Source of the DNA: Gordius albopunctatus
Lineage: Eukaryota
Reading direction: 5' to 3'
Assembly: GCA_964276515.1 (NCBI GenBank)
Contig: OZ193909.1
Coordinates: 4,960,001-5,024,000, forward strand
Length of the DNA stretch: 64,000 nt
Below the pieces are notes generated by a model, which worked only from the letters and a program-made list of their open reading frames with translations, made no database searches and was not told the origin of the DNA. The first letter of the stretch is position 1, and each line of letters opens with the position of its first letter. Shown piece by piece: positions 63,311 to 64,000 of this stretch. The translations under genes and the position numbers were made by a program.

Positions 63311-64000
63311 TTATTTGAATTATTATTCCATGTCGATTCGTCAAAAAAAGACGATTTTCGACCGACCATCTCAGATAGGGCTAATTTTTTGTGAGGATTT
63401 AGACCTCATATGAAATAACATTTTCTGAAAATTTGAGCCATTTTGGGCTAATACTTTTTGAGTTATGGACGCTGAAATGGCCAAAATCACGCTTGGGCGT
63501 GTTTTACAAATTTAACTATTTTCGCCATATCTTCAAAAGTATTGCCGCTAGCTTCGTAAATTTTGCTGTATTTTAATCCTAATAAAATTCTCTATCAGAA
63601 AAATGTAACAAAACCGCAAACTTTTGTGGTTAGTGTTTTGTGGTCAAATTTGTGGAAAACTAAAAAAACCACCTTCTCTGTTATATATTATCACCAAATT
63701 TGCTATGGGGACTCCTTTATGCTTAGTTATCAAATTTCAAATTTAAAAAGTTTGGGCACGGCTATGAGTTGGTTGATAAATAGAAAATTCACAAATAAAT
63801 TAAAAATATTTCTAGATGGCGGTATAATCAAATATTAAGGAATATAATTTTTAACCATGGCACAAAGCAATTGATCGGATTGTAATTTATACCTAAATAA
63901 TAAAGGTTTAAGGTATCTCTTACTTCAAACATAGATGAATTCATTCATTAATGAATGGCAAATGCCATGCTTTTTATTGCCTATGAAATAGCATATGGCA

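Overview
AT-rich eukaryotic, probably invertebrate animal, genomic DNA with spliceosomal introns, many only 32-40 nt long. Six conserved genes were reconstructed by hand: the 5' part of PGAP1 (-), cyclophilin A (+), kinesin-2 KIF3A (+), canopy CNPY3/4 (+), V-ATPase subunit D (-) and ATG4 (-). Between and inside them lie many non-autonomous hAT-like elements, MITEs and Helitrons (one with a decayed PIF1 helicase), a FLYWCH remnant and a decayed Ty3/gypsy element with 91-bp LTRs. The most interesting feature is at 4.4-15.3 kb: a three-member cluster of an unrecognised family of ~200-aa secreted helical proteins (two intact 4-exon genes and one half-gene pseudogene). The intact members have a signal peptide, an RR-ending propeptide, a conserved Cys pair and a hypervariable third exon encoding a cationic amphipathic helix. 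Two copies also share a near-identical 3' flank although their coding exons are highly diverged. Gene models are manual and no database search was run.
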